Origin: Acidimicrobiia bacterium
GTDB taxonomy: Bacteria > Actinomycetota > Acidimicrobiia > Spongiisociales > ZC4RG35
Direction of reading: 5' to 3'
DNA: 64,000 bases
Assembly (NCBI GenBank): GCA_965215185.1
Contig: OZ244034.1
Span: 32,001 to 96,000 of the forward strand
In this document: in pieces, positions 33,288 through 43,044 of the stretch
How positions within the stretch are numbered: position 1 is the stretch's first letter
How the letters are laid out: every line of letters starts with the position of its first letter
The notes under the pieces: generated by a model
What the model was told of the DNA's origin: nothing
The model's database searches: none
What the model saw: the letters and a program-made list of their open reading frames with translations, nothing else
Translations under genes and position numbers: made by a program

Positions 33288-34334
33288 ATGTATGCAACCA
33301 CCCGGCGGAAGGCTGGAAGATTGCTGGTCTTTCTGGCATTGATCTCGCTGATATCTGCGGCCTGCGGAGCAGACCAGGATGCTCCTTCCGCCGCCCCCAC
33401 CACGGCCGCGGCTCTCGCGACCACCCAAGCTCCAACTACTGCAGCGGCCCCTACCACGACTGAAGCCACCACGACTACCACCGCGGCGCCCGCCACCACT
33501 TCTACCCTGCCTGCGTTCCCCGTTGAGGTGCAGGACTCGCTGGGTACGGTGATGATCGCTACTCGCCCCGAGCGTATTGTTTCACTGTCGTCCACCATCA
33601 CCGAGATGCTGTTCGCTATCGGCGCCGGCCCCCAAGTGGCGGCAGTGGACAGCTATTCCGATTTTCCGCCCGAGGCGCCCATCACGGATTTGTCTGCTTT
33701 CACTCCCAACCTCGAGGCGATCGCGGCCGCCGCCCCCGATTTGGTGATCGCCTCCTACGATCCTGGTGATCTGATGTCATCCCTCGAAGCGCTGGGGATA
33801 CCGGGGATGATGATGCCAGCGGCCAACACGTACTTTGACGTGTGGCTCCAGATCGAGCAGTTGGGTCTGGCGACCGGTAATGCCATTGGTGCGACCGACC
33901 TCGTGCGCCACCTGCGGGGGAGAATCACGGAGATAATTGCGGACAGCCCAGAGGTTTCCTTCACTTATTACTACGAGTTGGATCAAAACCTCTACTCGGT
34001 TACCTCTACCACCTTTATCGGGCAACTGTTTGGTTTGCTAGGTCTGGAAAGCATCGCTGATCCTGCCGATGAATATGGCTTCGGCTACCCGCAGCTTTCT
34101 TCGGAATACATCATCGAAGTCGATCCCGATCTCATCTTGTTGGCCGACACCTTGTGCTGTGGGCAGAACGCCGAGACCGTGGCCTCCCGCCCGGGCTGGT
34201 CGTCGTTGACCGCGGTGACCAATGGGCGGGTGATCGAACTGGATGATGGGATCGCCTCCCGGTGGGGTCCGCGCATCGTCGAATTGTTGGAGGTGGCCGC
34301 CGCGGCCGTCGCCGAACTGGCCCCCAAAGGGTGA
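33288..34334 (+). CDS. btuF: Cobalamin ABC transporter substrate-binding lipoprotein (BtuF-like)
   Basis: Lipobox ISAAC, Ala/Thr linker, PERIVSLS, TEMLFAIGAG, SRWGPR; riboswitch upstream. Confidence 0.85.
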   Translation: MYATTRRKAGRLLVFLALISLISAACGADQDAPSAAPTTAAALATTQAPTTAAAPTTTEATTTTTAAPATTSTLPAFPVEVQDSLGTVMIATRPERIVSLSSTITEMLFAIGAGPQVAAVDSYSDFPPEAPITDLSAFTPNLEAIAAAAPDLVIASYDPGDLMSSLEALGIPGMMMPAANTYFDVWLQIEQLGLATGNAIGATDLVRHLRGRITEIIADSPEVSFTYYYELDQNLYSVTSTTFIGQLFGLLGLESIADPADEYGFGYPQLSSEYIIEVDPDLILLADTLCCGQNAETVASRPGWSSLTAVTNGRVIELDDGIASRWGPRIVELLEVAAAAVAELAPKG

Positions 34335-35392
34335 GAGTGTTCTCTCCATCCTCAGGGATTCTCCAGACCTCCCGGGTAGGGATTGGGCGACTGGCCCTAG
34401 CGATGGTGCTGGGCGTGGTGGTGCTGGGAGCGGCGCTGTTGATCGGCCCAGCCGGGTTGGATGCGGGCGGAGTGCTGGCTGCGCTATTGGACCGATTGCC
34501 GTTTCTGGAGTTGGAGAACTCGCTGTCGAATCGCGAGTTGACCATCCTCTGGGAAATCCGTCTGCCGCGGGCGGTGATGGGGGCGATGGTGGGGGCCACG
34601 CTGGCTTCGGCGGGGGCCGCCTATCAGGGAGTATTCCGCAATCCTCTGGCCGACCCTTATTTGTTGGGAGTGGCGGCAGGCGCCGGGTTGGGGGCAACCG
34701 TCGCGATCCTCTTGCGCTCCCGCGGCTTTCCTACTATCCCCCTGGCGCCCTTGGCCTTTCTCGGGGCGGTGGTGGGCGTGGCGCTGTCCTATGGACTGTC
34801 TCGAACCAGGGGACGGGACAGACGCAGCGGCAGCACCCTGGTACTGGCCGGGGTGGCGGTGGCATCGTTTCTTACCGCGGTGCAGACCTTCCTGCAGATC
34901 ACCAACGTCACCACCCTGCGGGAGGTTTACAGTTGGATCCTCGGCCGTCTGGTCACAATAGGGTGGGGTGAGGTGACGGCTGTGCTGCCCTATATGGTGA
35001 TCAGCTGGCTGGTGTTGCTCGTCTTTCGAAGAGCTCTTGATGTCATGGCGGTGGGAGATGATGAGGCTTCTGCTCTGGGCTTGTCTCCTCGTACCGTGCG
35101 GCTGATCGTAATTGCCGCCGCCACATTGGGCGCGGCCGCGGCGGTGTCGGTCAGTGGGCTCATCGCCTTCGTGGGGATCATCGTCCCCCATACCGTCCGG
35201 ATACTGGCGGGCTGGAGCTATCGAGTGATCATTCCCCTTTCCCTGCTGATGGGAGGGGTGTTCCTTACCGCCGCCGACCTGGTGGCGCGCACGGTGGTTT
35301 CTCCCGCAGAGCTGCCCATCGGGGTGGTGACGGCGTTTTTGGGCGGTCCATTCTTCCTGATGATCCTGCGGACCTCCGGGGACTTGGAATGA
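34331..35392 (+). CDS. btuC: Cobalamin ABC transporter permease (FecCD/BtuC-like)
   Basis: IRLPRA, FRNPLADPYLLG, FVGIIVPH, ELPIGVVTA. Confidence 0.87.
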   Translation: MRVFSPSSGILQTSRVGIGRLALAMVLGVVVLGAALLIGPAGLDAGGVLAALLDRLPFLELENSLSNRELTILWEIRLPRAVMGAMVGATLASAGAAYQGVFRNPLADPYLLGVAAGAGLGATVAILLRSRGFPTIPLAPLAFLGAVVGVALSYGLSRTRGRDRRSGSTLVLAGVAVASFLTAVQTFLQITNVTTLREVYSWILGRLVTIGWGEVTAVLPYMVISWLVLLVFRRALDVMAVGDDEASALGLSPRTVRLIVIAAATLGAAAAVSVSGLIAFVGIIVPHTVRILAGWSYRVIIPLSLLMGGVFLTAADLVARTVVSPAELPIGVVTAFLGGPFFLMILRTSGDLE

Positions 35393-36213
35393 CTGCCCTG
35401 CAGGTGCAAAATGTCTCGGTGGTGCTGGGCGGATCGGCGGTGGTGGACCAGGTGAGCCTCTCGGTGGAAGAGGGCGAGTGGTTGGGACTGATCGGGCCAA
35501 ATGGCGCCGGAAAGACCACGCTGCTGCGGGCTATCACCGGCGCAGTTCGAACCGAGGCGGGCCAGGTGGTCTACCGGGGTGCCAACCTGGCCACCCTCAG
35601 GACTCGCCAACGAGCCCAGATGATGGCGGTTGTCCCTCAGCAGCCGGTTGTTCCTTGGGGGATGGCGGTGGCCGACTATGTGATGTTGGGTCGCACCGCC
35701 CATATCGGTTGGCTGAGCCGGGAGACACGTACCGATCTTGAGATCGCCCAGGAGTCGTTGAAAGCGCTGGCGTTGGAGGAGCTTTCGACTCGCCGACTGG
35801 ACGAGCTATCGGGGGGTGAACTGCAGAGAGCGGTGCTGGCCCGTGCGCTGACCCAGGCTGCCCCGCTCTTGATTCTTGACGAGCCCACCTCGTCGCTCGA
35901 TGTCGGTCACGGGCAGCAGATGATGGAATTGGTGGATCGGCTGCGTCGGGAACAGCGGCTGACGGTGATCAGCGCCTTGCACGATCTGACCCTGGCCGCC
36001 CAGTTCTGCGACCGCTTGGTGATGATGTCGGGAGGGAAAGCCATCCTGGAAGGGCCGCCGCGCTCGGTGATCACCGAACGCTCTTTACGTGACCACTACG
36101 GCGCTCAGGTTCGAGTGCTCACCGGTCCGGAATTCGGGATGGTCGTGATACCGCTGCGGACCAAGAAGGACCCCGATCCGGGAAACATCTCTCCGATCGT
36201 GGCCGAGTTATAG
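35389..36213 (+). CDS. btuD: Cobalamin ABC transporter ATPase (BtuD/FepC-like)
   Basis: GPNGAGKT, LSGGE, LDEPT, LHDL. Confidence 0.87.
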   Translation: MTALQVQNVSVVLGGSAVVDQVSLSVEEGEWLGLIGPNGAGKTTLLRAITGAVRTEAGQVVYRGANLATLRTRQRAQMMAVVPQQPVVPWGMAVADYVMLGRTAHIGWLSRETRTDLEIAQESLKALALEELSTRRLDELSGGELQRAVLARALTQAAPLLILDEPTSSLDVGHGQQMMELVDRLRREQRLTVISALHDLTLAAQFCDRLVMMSGGKAILEGPPRSVITERSLRDHYGAQVRVLTGPEFGMVVIPLRTKKDPDPGNISPIVAEL

Positions 36214-36235
36214 GATTCTCGAAAGGAGACCATCT

Positions 36236-36805
36236 ATGACCACAAAGGAAACACCTCCCACCGAAAAGCCTGCGGTTGGCTCAGAGCGGTCTCCTTCATT
36301 GGTGCTGGTTCACACCGGCCACGGCAAAGGCAAAAGCACCGCCGCCTTCGGAACTATGTTGCGAGCGGTATCCCGGGGGTGGAAGGTCGCAGTGGTGCAG
36401 TTTCTCAAGTCAGGAAGCTGGAAAGTGGGGGAGGAGAAGATCGGACGGCAGCTAGGTGTGGATTGGTGGGTGCTGGGAGACGGATTCACCTGGGATTCCG
36501 CCAATATGTCGGAGACTGAGGCGGTGGCGCGGGAGGCGTGGTCCTTTACCCAGCGTCTGGTTTCCGAGGGGGCTCATCGGCTGGTGGTGCTCGATGAAGT
36601 CACCTATCCCCTCAACTGGGGTTGGATCGACGAGGCGCAGATGCGGGACATGATTCGCAATCGCCCTGCTCATGTCAGCCTGATCCTGACCGGCCGGGAT
36701 GCTCCCGCCACTCTGATCGAGGAAGCTGATACTGTGACCGAGATGGTGAAGGTAAAACATGCTTTTGATCAAGGGATCATGGCCCGCCGGGGGATCGACT
36801 ACTAG
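36236..36805 (+). CDS. cobO: Cob(I)yrinic acid a,c-diamide / cob(I)alamin adenosyltransferase
   Basis: TGHGKGKSTAAFG, QFLK, LDE, LTGR, VTEM, KHAF, GIDY. Confidence 0.95.
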   Translation: MTTKETPPTEKPAVGSERSPSLVLVHTGHGKGKSTAAFGTMLRAVSRGWKVAVVQFLKSGSWKVGEEKIGRQLGVDWWVLGDGFTWDSANMSETEAVAREAWSFTQRLVSEGAHRLVVLDEVTYPLNWGWIDEAQMRDMIRNRPAHVSLILTGRDAPATLIEEADTVTEMVKVKHAFDQGIMARRGIDY

Positions 36806-36807
36806 CC

Positions 36808-37332
36808 GTGATCGAGCTCTGGCTGGTTCGTCACGGACAGACCGACTGGAATCTCAAGCGCCTACTACAGGGTTGGGTGGACACTCCTCTCAATCAGAAC
36901 GGAAGGCGCCAGGCGCGGGAATTGGCCGGGCGCCTGAGGGGAGGCAGCTTTTCGGGGGTGTGGAGTTCCGATCTGTCCCGGGCGGTGGAAACCGCCCGGC
37001 TGGCCTACGGTGAACCCACCCAGGCAGGCGCACTGCGAGAACTCGACTTTGGAGACATCCAGGGATGGAGTTGGGACGGTTTATCTCCCCAGTTGCGTGA
37101 TGAGATGATCGCCTTCGACGGCTTCGCCGCTCCCGGTGGTGAGTCCCATAAGCAGCTGGAGGACCGAGTTATAACATTTCTTGGCGAGTTGGCAGATGGC
37201 ATCCATCTCGTCTTCACCCATGGCGGGGTCATCCGCATGCTACGCCGCCTGTGCGGGGAAGAGCGTTACCCCGGCTGGTGCGAGATAGTCCGATTGGACT
37301 GGACAAACCGGCGGGTGCTGGAACTCGACTGA
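36808..37332 (+). CDS. Histidine phosphatase (possible CobC alpha-ribazole phosphatase)
   Basis: LVRHGQT, SSDLSRA, ELDFG, THGG; position in the B12 operon. Confidence 0.85.
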   Translation: MIELWLVRHGQTDWNLKRLLQGWVDTPLNQNGRRQARELAGRLRGGSFSGVWSSDLSRAVETARLAYGEPTQAGALRELDFGDIQGWSWDGLSPQLRDEMIAFDGFAAPGGESHKQLEDRVITFLGELADGIHLVFTHGGVIRMLRRLCGEERYPGWCEIVRLDWTNRRVLELD

Positions 37333-37388
37333 GGTGGCAGTGAGGGTGGATGGTTTCCCGTCCACGGCAGGGTTAGCCTGAGGGAAAA

Positions 37389-38102
37389 GTGCAGGAACAA
37401 GTGACCCAGGGCCGGTGGACGATTTCCGATTTGGCGATCATCGCCTTCGCCGGGGTGGTCGGTTCGATACTGGGTGCGGGGATAGGCGCCGAAGGGGATG
37501 TGATCCTGGGGGATGTGATCCTGGTTTTGCTGGGACAGTTCCTTTTGACCGTGGTTGCCATGGTCTTGGTTGGGAAAGCCCGTCAGCGGGATTTCGGGCG
37601 GCTCGCCTTCGTGGTGGAAACCCGGGACGGGGTGATGCTGCTATTGGGGATGGGTCTGCAGGTGCTGTTTGCCATTCTGTTCCAGCCGCTGGCCCTGCTG
37701 GTGGGGCTGGAGTCGGAGCCTCAGTCTCTGGTGGGGGAGGTCGCCACCATCGGGGGTACCTATGACCGGATAACCCTGATCCTTCTGATTGGTCTGATCG
37801 GGCCCATCTTGGAGGAAACCATGTTCCGGGGGATTCTGATCGACGCTCTGGCGGCTCGGTTTCAAAAACGAGGGATCGTTTTGGGCTCCTCGGCCGCCTT
37901 CGCCGCTTTTCACCTGGCGGGGATATCCACCGTCCAACCCTTGGAGTCAGCGGCAGTGCTGATACCCCAGTTGTTCTTGTTCGCAGTGGTGTTGGCCCAT
38001 CTTCGCCTCTCCCGTAAGCGACTGGGAGCGGTCATCTTCACCCATGCCGGATTCAACCTTTTGAGCCTGATCGTGATTCTCTTCTACCCGCAGGTGTTGT
38101 AA
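37389..38102 (+). CDS. CPBP (CAAX/Abi) intramembrane metalloprotease
   Basis: EETMFRG, FAAFH, HAGFN motifs. Confidence 0.9.
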   Translation: MQEQVTQGRWTISDLAIIAFAGVVGSILGAGIGAEGDVILGDVILVLLGQFLLTVVAMVLVGKARQRDFGRLAFVVETRDGVMLLLGMGLQVLFAILFQPLALLVGLESEPQSLVGEVATIGGTYDRITLILLIGLIGPILEETMFRGILIDALAARFQKRGIVLGSSAAFAAFHLAGISTVQPLESAAVLIPQLFLFAVVLAHLRLSRKRLGAVIFTHAGFNLLSLIVILFYPQVL

Positions 38103-38337
38103 CTTCGGCAGAGCTCAAAACCTGGCAGTCGCCTCCGCGTCAAAACTTCGTAGGGGTCCTCTCCCCTCAAAGATGGGCGCTGGGCACGGATTTTGTCCCA
38201 AACCGCGCGCAGTGCGGGATTGGCCCGGTAGCGACGTCCTCACTTTTTTCCGACAGCACCCAGGAATCCGGCTTCAGTGCATTGCCAAAAGGTTGCGGGT
38301 TCCTGTCATGACCCACCGACACGGTAACTTCCTTTCT

Positions 38338-39246
38338 ATGCGCACAGGCCGACTTGACAAGGGCAAGACCGGCCTGAGTTATGTGAGGCCACAGGCGCGG
38401 CGGGGGACGTTGTTGGCCGTGCTGGTGGTGTTGTTGTTCGGGTTCTTCGCGGTGGTGGTCATCGATCTGCTCGACTATCACGCGTCGATAGAACTGGCCC
38501 AGCGTCATCTGTTCATTGCTGGGGTGGTGCTGGTTGCCGCGGCTGCTCGAAGGGGGCGCCTGCATCCTCGTGGTCGGCTCGGCACCTTGGCCGCGATGAG
38601 CGGGTGTACAGCGGTGATGGCCATGTTGTTCTTCACCGCCCTGGAAAGACTGGGCGCCGGTCCGGCTATGACGTTGCAGTTCGTTGCGGTGCTGGTGGTG
38701 ATGGTCTGGGCGCAGGTGGTGGGAGGGGTCCGTGTGCCCGCGGTTGCCTGGTTGTCGGGACTGGTGACCATGGTGGGTATCTCTCTGGTGGTGGAGGCCT
38801 GGGAATGGGAACGGGTGGACTTGATCGGGATAGCCTCGGGTATGGGATCGGCGGTGTTCTTGGCCGCATATTTCCTGTTGGTCGACCACTTGGGTGGGCA
38901 TCTGCCTCCGCTGACGATCTCCGCCTACGCAGTGGGGATAGCCGCTGTGGTCTTGTTTCCCGTGGCTGGGTTGGGTCCCATGGATCTGCCCGTCTCCAAG
39001 TGGTGGTGGCTACTGGCCCTCGGTGTGTTGGGGACGGCTCTCCCGGTGCTGTTGGAAGTAATCGCCATCCGCTACGCGGGTCCTGGTCCGGTGGGGATGA
39101 TCATCCTCGCCCAACCGGTGGTGGGAGGGTTGGTGGCATGGCTTTTACTTGGACAAGCCCTCAGCCCGGTCCAGATCTTGGGAATTGTGATTTCACTGGC
39201 GGGGGTGCTGTTGGTTCAGGTCAAGATCGTCGAGGCGCGTTCATAG
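38338..39246 (+). CDS. EamA/DMT family transporter
   Basis: About 10 TMs in two repeats; QPVVG..AWLLLGQALS. Start placed 7 nt after TAACTT. Confidence 0.85.
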   Translation: MRTGRLDKGKTGLSYVRPQARRGTLLAVLVVLLFGFFAVVVIDLLDYHASIELAQRHLFIAGVVLVAAAARRGRLHPRGRLGTLAAMSGCTAVMAMLFFTALERLGAGPAMTLQFVAVLVVMVWAQVVGGVRVPAVAWLSGLVTMVGISLVVEAWEWERVDLIGIASGMGSAVFLAAYFLLVDHLGGHLPPLTISAYAVGIAAVVLFPVAGLGPMDLPVSKWWWLLALGVLGTALPVLLEVIAIRYAGPGPVGMIILAQPVVGGLVAWLLLGQALSPVQILGIVISLAGVLLVQVKIVEARS

Positions 39247-39264
39247 CCCACCCGGGTTGATGTA

Positions 39265-40512
39265 TCAGGTGCCCAGGCGCCAGCCCGACATGTATTCGCG
39301 CTGAGAAGCGGTGAGTTGCTCCAGGCTCCCCCCCAGAGCGGCTATCTTGGTCCGAGCCACCATCTGGTCGATCTCCTCCGGCAGCACGTAGACCCTTGGT
39401 TCCAAGGAATCCTGGTTTTCGATCAGCCATCGAAGCGCCAGCGCCTGGTTGGAGAACGAAAGGTCCATCACATCGGCGGGATGGCCTTCGGCGGCGCCCA
39501 AGTTGGCTAGGCGTCCCTCTGCCACCAGGAACAGGCGACGACCGTCGCTCATGCGGTATTCCTCCAGATTGGGTCGCACCGTTCTTTTCGCCACCGCTTG
39601 ATCGGCAAGGGACTCCACGTCGATCTCCACATTGAAATGACCGGCGTTGGCCAAGATCGCCCCGTCCTTCATCACGCCCAGATGGTCTTCGGAAATGACA
39701 TGACGGTTGCCGGTGACTGTGATGAAGATGTCGCCCCTGGGCGCTGCCTCCCGGGCAGTGAGCAGCCGGTGTCCATCCATCAAAGCCCGAAGCGCTCGGA
39801 CCGGGTCTACTTCCACCACGATCACCTGTGCTCCCATTCCCTCGGCTCGCACGGCCACGCCCTGTCCGCAGTGGCCATAGCCGACCACCACTACCGTGGA
39901 GCCGGCCAATAACACATTGGTGGCGCGGACGATCCCGTCCATGGTCGACTGGCCGGTGCCGTAATAATTGTCGAAGAGATGTTTGGTGGCCGAGTCATTG
40001 ACCGCCACCACCGGCAGCCGAAGCGCCCCTTCCCGCTCCATGGCTCGCAACCGGTTGATCCCGGTGGTGGTCTCCTCGTTGGCGCCCAGGGGAGACAGAT
40101 GGGGATGGTTTCGATGCAGGGCCGAGATAAGATCGCCTCCATCGTCCACCAGCAGATGGGGGCGACGACGAAGCACCTCGTCGATGTGACGGTGATATTG
40201 CTGTGAATCCTCCCCCCGGACGGCCAACACCTGCACTCCTTCCGAGGCCAGCGCCGCCGCCACGTCGTCCTGGGTGGAGAGCGGATTGGAGGCGCACAGA
40301 GAAAGTTCCGCACCCGCCTCGCGCAGGGCGAGCATCAAATTGGCGGTCTCCGAGGTCACATGTAAACAGGCGCCCACCCGCATTCCAGACAGCGTCTGGT
40401 CTTTGGAGAGTTGTGTTCGCACGGAGGAGAGCACCGGCATGCGGCTTGCTGCCCATTCCACCCTCAACCGGCCTTGGGAGGCCAAGCCGGGATCGGCGAT
40501 GTCAGATGGCAC
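39265..40512 (-). CDS. ahcY: Adenosylhomocysteinase
   Basis: CLHVT, SNPLSTQD, DDGGD, EETTTG, KHLFDNYYGTGQS, GHFNVEID, EGRLANL, GHP. Confidence 0.98.
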   Translation of the reverse strand: MPSDIADPGLASQGRLRVEWAASRMPVLSSVRTQLSKDQTLSGMRVGACLHVTSETANLMLALREAGAELSLCASNPLSTQDDVAAALASEGVQVLAVRGEDSQQYHRHIDEVLRRRPHLLVDDGGDLISALHRNHPHLSPLGANEETTTGINRLRAMEREGALRLPVVAVNDSATKHLFDNYYGTGQSTMDGIVRATNVLLAGSTVVVVGYGHCGQGVAVRAEGMGAQVIVVEVDPVRALRALMDGHRLLTAREAAPRGDIFITVTGNRHVISEDHLGVMKDGAILANAGHFNVEIDVESLADQAVAKRTVRPNLEEYRMSDGRRLFLVAEGRLANLGAAEGHPADVMDLSFSNQALALRWLIENQDSLEPRVYVLPEEIDQMVARTKIAALGGSLEQLTASQREYMSGWRLGT

Positions 40513-41557
40513 TGGGTCGGTCCCGTGGCGAATCGGTGGAGGTAGCCATCTTGTCCTTGAGACGGTCGATCAACTCCACTTGCATCGGGTCGGCGCCTGA
40601 GTGGCGGGCCAACTCCAATGAGAAAAGGTCACCCATCGCCACCAGGCTAATCAGTCTGGCCAACGGGGAAATCCCCTGCGACCACACCTCTCCCAACCAG
40701 GCCACCCGATCAGCGGTGAGGCCTTCCTGCACCTCGAATCGGCGGGCTACGCCAGGGTGCTCCTGCAGGTCGCGCAGCGCCACCAACCCCACCCGATGTC
40801 GGGCCAACTCATAGGGCAGATCCCATCCCACGATCTCGTTGTGAGTGGCTTCGGGCAAGGCGCCCCAAAACGCCATCCGCTTGGCGTTCTCGTTGATCTG
40901 AGTTTTCCATCGATAGGCGGCGACCTGGGTGAGAGGAAGCGAGCCATACACTCCCACCATCCGGTCGGCCATTCCCGACGCCAACTCCGTGGCCAAGGCG
41001 ATTCCCTCTCCATGGTGTCCAGAGATGCTGTCCGCTATCTGCGCTGCTTCTTCCAGAGAGGGGCGAGAGTCTACTATGACTCCAGCCGCCTCCGCCACTC
41101 TGAGAAGCGCCGCCAGCCCAAACCCCAGAGCCGAGCGAGGCTGGTATCCCCCCGGGATGATCACCAGTTGGTCACCTCCCAGCGCGGCTCGCTTCGCCAA
41201 CGCCCCTCCGGAGGTGATCACTGTCACAGAGAGTCCCAAGTCCCGAGCGGCCCTCCAGGACGAGATCGCCTCGGCGGTGTTTCCCGAATAGGAGACCACC
41301 ACCACCGAAGGGCGTTGTCGGGCGGCCCATCCGGGCAGTCCGTAGTGCTTGTGAACGGTGGTGCGGCGACCCTCAACGGCCGCCACGGCCGCCAGGAAAT
41401 CACCGGTAATCCCCGATCCTCCCATCCCGCACACCAGCAACTCCTCTTCGCCTCCCTTTCTCGACCGAAGCGAAAGGTCCGTGCCCCACCGCAACTGGGC
41501 GCCCAGCGCAGTCATCTGGAATCTCATCTCGGCCAGTCGGGAGGTATTGCTAGTCAT
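40502..41557 (-). CDS. Bifunctional phosphoglucose/phosphomannose isomerase (SIS)
   Basis: GMGGSG, SYSGNTAE, QPR, RWKTQINENAK, PEATHNEIVG. Confidence 0.9.
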   Translation of the reverse strand: MTSNTSRLAEMRFQMTALGAQLRWGTDLSLRSRKGGEEELLVCGMGGSGITGDFLAAVAAVEGRRTTVHKHYGLPGWAARQRPSVVVVSYSGNTAEAISSWRAARDLGLSVTVITSGGALAKRAALGGDQLVIIPGGYQPRSALGFGLAALLRVAEAAGVIVDSRPSLEEAAQIADSISGHHGEGIALATELASGMADRMVGVYGSLPLTQVAAYRWKTQINENAKRMAFWGALPEATHNEIVGWDLPYELARHRVGLVALRDLQEHPGVARRFEVQEGLTADRVAWLGEVWSQGISPLARLISLVAMGDLFSLELARHSGADPMQVELIDRLKDKMATSTDSPRDRPSAI

Positions 41558-41714
41558 CTTCCACCGTCATTATGGGAACGCCTGCCGCGTTAACCAAGTA
41601 GGTCCGCCCGCAGGCATCACAGACAAGCGCCCGATCGGAGTCCAAAAGGCGGAGTTCACCCTTGCAGCGGGGGCAGACCAGGATGCTGTGGAGTTGGGGA
41701 TCGATCCACGACAT
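41550..41714 (-). CDS. Trm112-like small zinc-ribbon protein (54 aa; absent from the ORF track)
   Basis: Hand translation MSWIDPQLHSILVCPRCKGELRLLDSDRALVCDACGRTYLVNAAGVPIMTVEDD; two CxxC; fills the gap between PMM and PGI/PMI. Confidence 0.88.
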   Translation of the reverse strand: MSWIDPQLHSILVCPRCKGELRLLDSDRALVCDACGRTYLVNAAGVPIMTVEDD

Positions 41715-41715
41715 G

Positions 41716-43044
41716 TCAGCCACTCACCAGCGCCTTCACCCGGTCCACCAACCGGTCGACAGAGGCGGAATCGGGTCCTTCCACGTTCAAGCGCAGTAGG
41801 GGTTCGGTGTTGGAAGGGCGCAGGTTGAACCAGCGGTCCGTCCAGGAGACGGTTAGCCCGTCCAGCCGATCCTGATGCGCCGACGAGAATGCTGCCCGTA
41901 CCGTCTCTAGGGATCCCTCCCGATCCACCACGGTCAGATTGATTTCACCGGACGTGTGGTAGGGCATCACCTCGGCATGCAATTCCGAGAGCGGTCGGGC
42001 CTCCTCGGAGAGAATCTGAAGCAGGGCCAGCGTCGCCAGCATTCCGGAGTCGGCTCGATAGTGGGCGGCGAAGTAGTAGTGCCCGGAGTGCTCTCCTCCG
42101 AAGACCGCCCCGGTTTGGGCCATCACCTGTTTCATGAATGAATGGCCCACCCGTGAGCGGATAGGGGTTCCTCCACCGGCGATGATGGCTTCGGGCACCG
42201 ACCGGGAACAGATCAGATTGTGCACGACTTTGGCGTGTGGCTCAGAAACCAGCATCCAACGGGCGATCAAGGTGGTGATGGCGCTTCCCGACAGCGGGCC
42301 ACCTTGGTCGTCCACAAAGAATGCCCGGTCGGCGTCTCCGTCGAAGGCGACTCCCAGATCGGCGCCGGAGGAGACCACCTCGGTGGTGAGGTCGATGAGA
42401 TTGGCGGGGTCGATGGGGTCGGGAGGATGGTTGGGGAAGGATCCGTCCGGGGTGAGGTATAGACCGGTGAGGGAGACTGGCAGACGGGCGAAGACCGGCA
42501 ATACCACGGTGGCAGCCATGCCGTTCCCGCCGTCCACCACTACCCGCAAGGGGGCTATGTTGTGGGGCTCAATGATGGAGAGCACATGATTGACATATCC
42601 CTCGGTTACGTCGCACACCTTCACGCTTCCCCGCGGGGAGGAGTCGGGCATCCCTGTGGTCGCCATCCGGCGGATCTCCTTGAGCCCGGAGTCGATCCCC
42701 ACCGGAGCGGCGCCCGGCAGGCACAGCTTGATCCCGTTCCATTGCGGCGGATTGTGGGAGGCGGTGACCATCGCGCCGGCCACGGATCGGGCGCCCGAGA
42801 CGTAGTACACAACTTCGGTGGCCACCTGCCGCAGATCCAACACGTCCGATCCCGTCGAAGTGATCCCATCGATCAGGGCGGAAGCCAACTGGGGAGAACT
42901 CGCCCGGCAATCCCGTCCCACCGCCACGGTCCCACCGCCGGCGAAGTGGGCGAAGGCGGCGCCGATTCGGCGGGCATGATCGGGTGTGAAATGACCGGAC
43001 TCCACGTCCCCCCTTATGTCGTAGGCCTTGAACAGCTTTTCTAT
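41716..43044 (-). CDS. manB: Phosphomannomutase/phosphoglucomutase (start probably non-canonical ATA at 43044)
   Basis: FKAYDIRG, TASHNP, DGDADR, GEHSGHY, RPSNTEP. Confidence 0.93.
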   Translation of the reverse strand: MEKLFKAYDIRGDVESGHFTPDHARRIGAAFAHFAGGGTVAVGRDCRASSPQLASALIDGITSTGSDVLDLRQVATEVVYYVSGARSVAGAMVTASHNPPQWNGIKLCLPGAAPVGIDSGLKEIRRMATTGMPDSSPRGSVKVCDVTEGYVNHVLSIIEPHNIAPLRVVVDGGNGMAATVVLPVFARLPVSLTGLYLTPDGSFPNHPPDPIDPANLIDLTTEVVSSGADLGVAFDGDADRAFFVDDQGGPLSGSAITTLIARWMLVSEPHAKVVHNLICSRSVPEAIIAGGGTPIRSRVGHSFMKQVMAQTGAVFGGEHSGHYYFAAHYRADSGMLATLALLQILSEEARPLSELHAEVMPYHTSGEINLTVVDREGSLETVRAAFSSAHQDRLDGLTVSWTDRWFNLRPSNTEPLLRLNVEGPDSASVDRLVDRVKALVSG

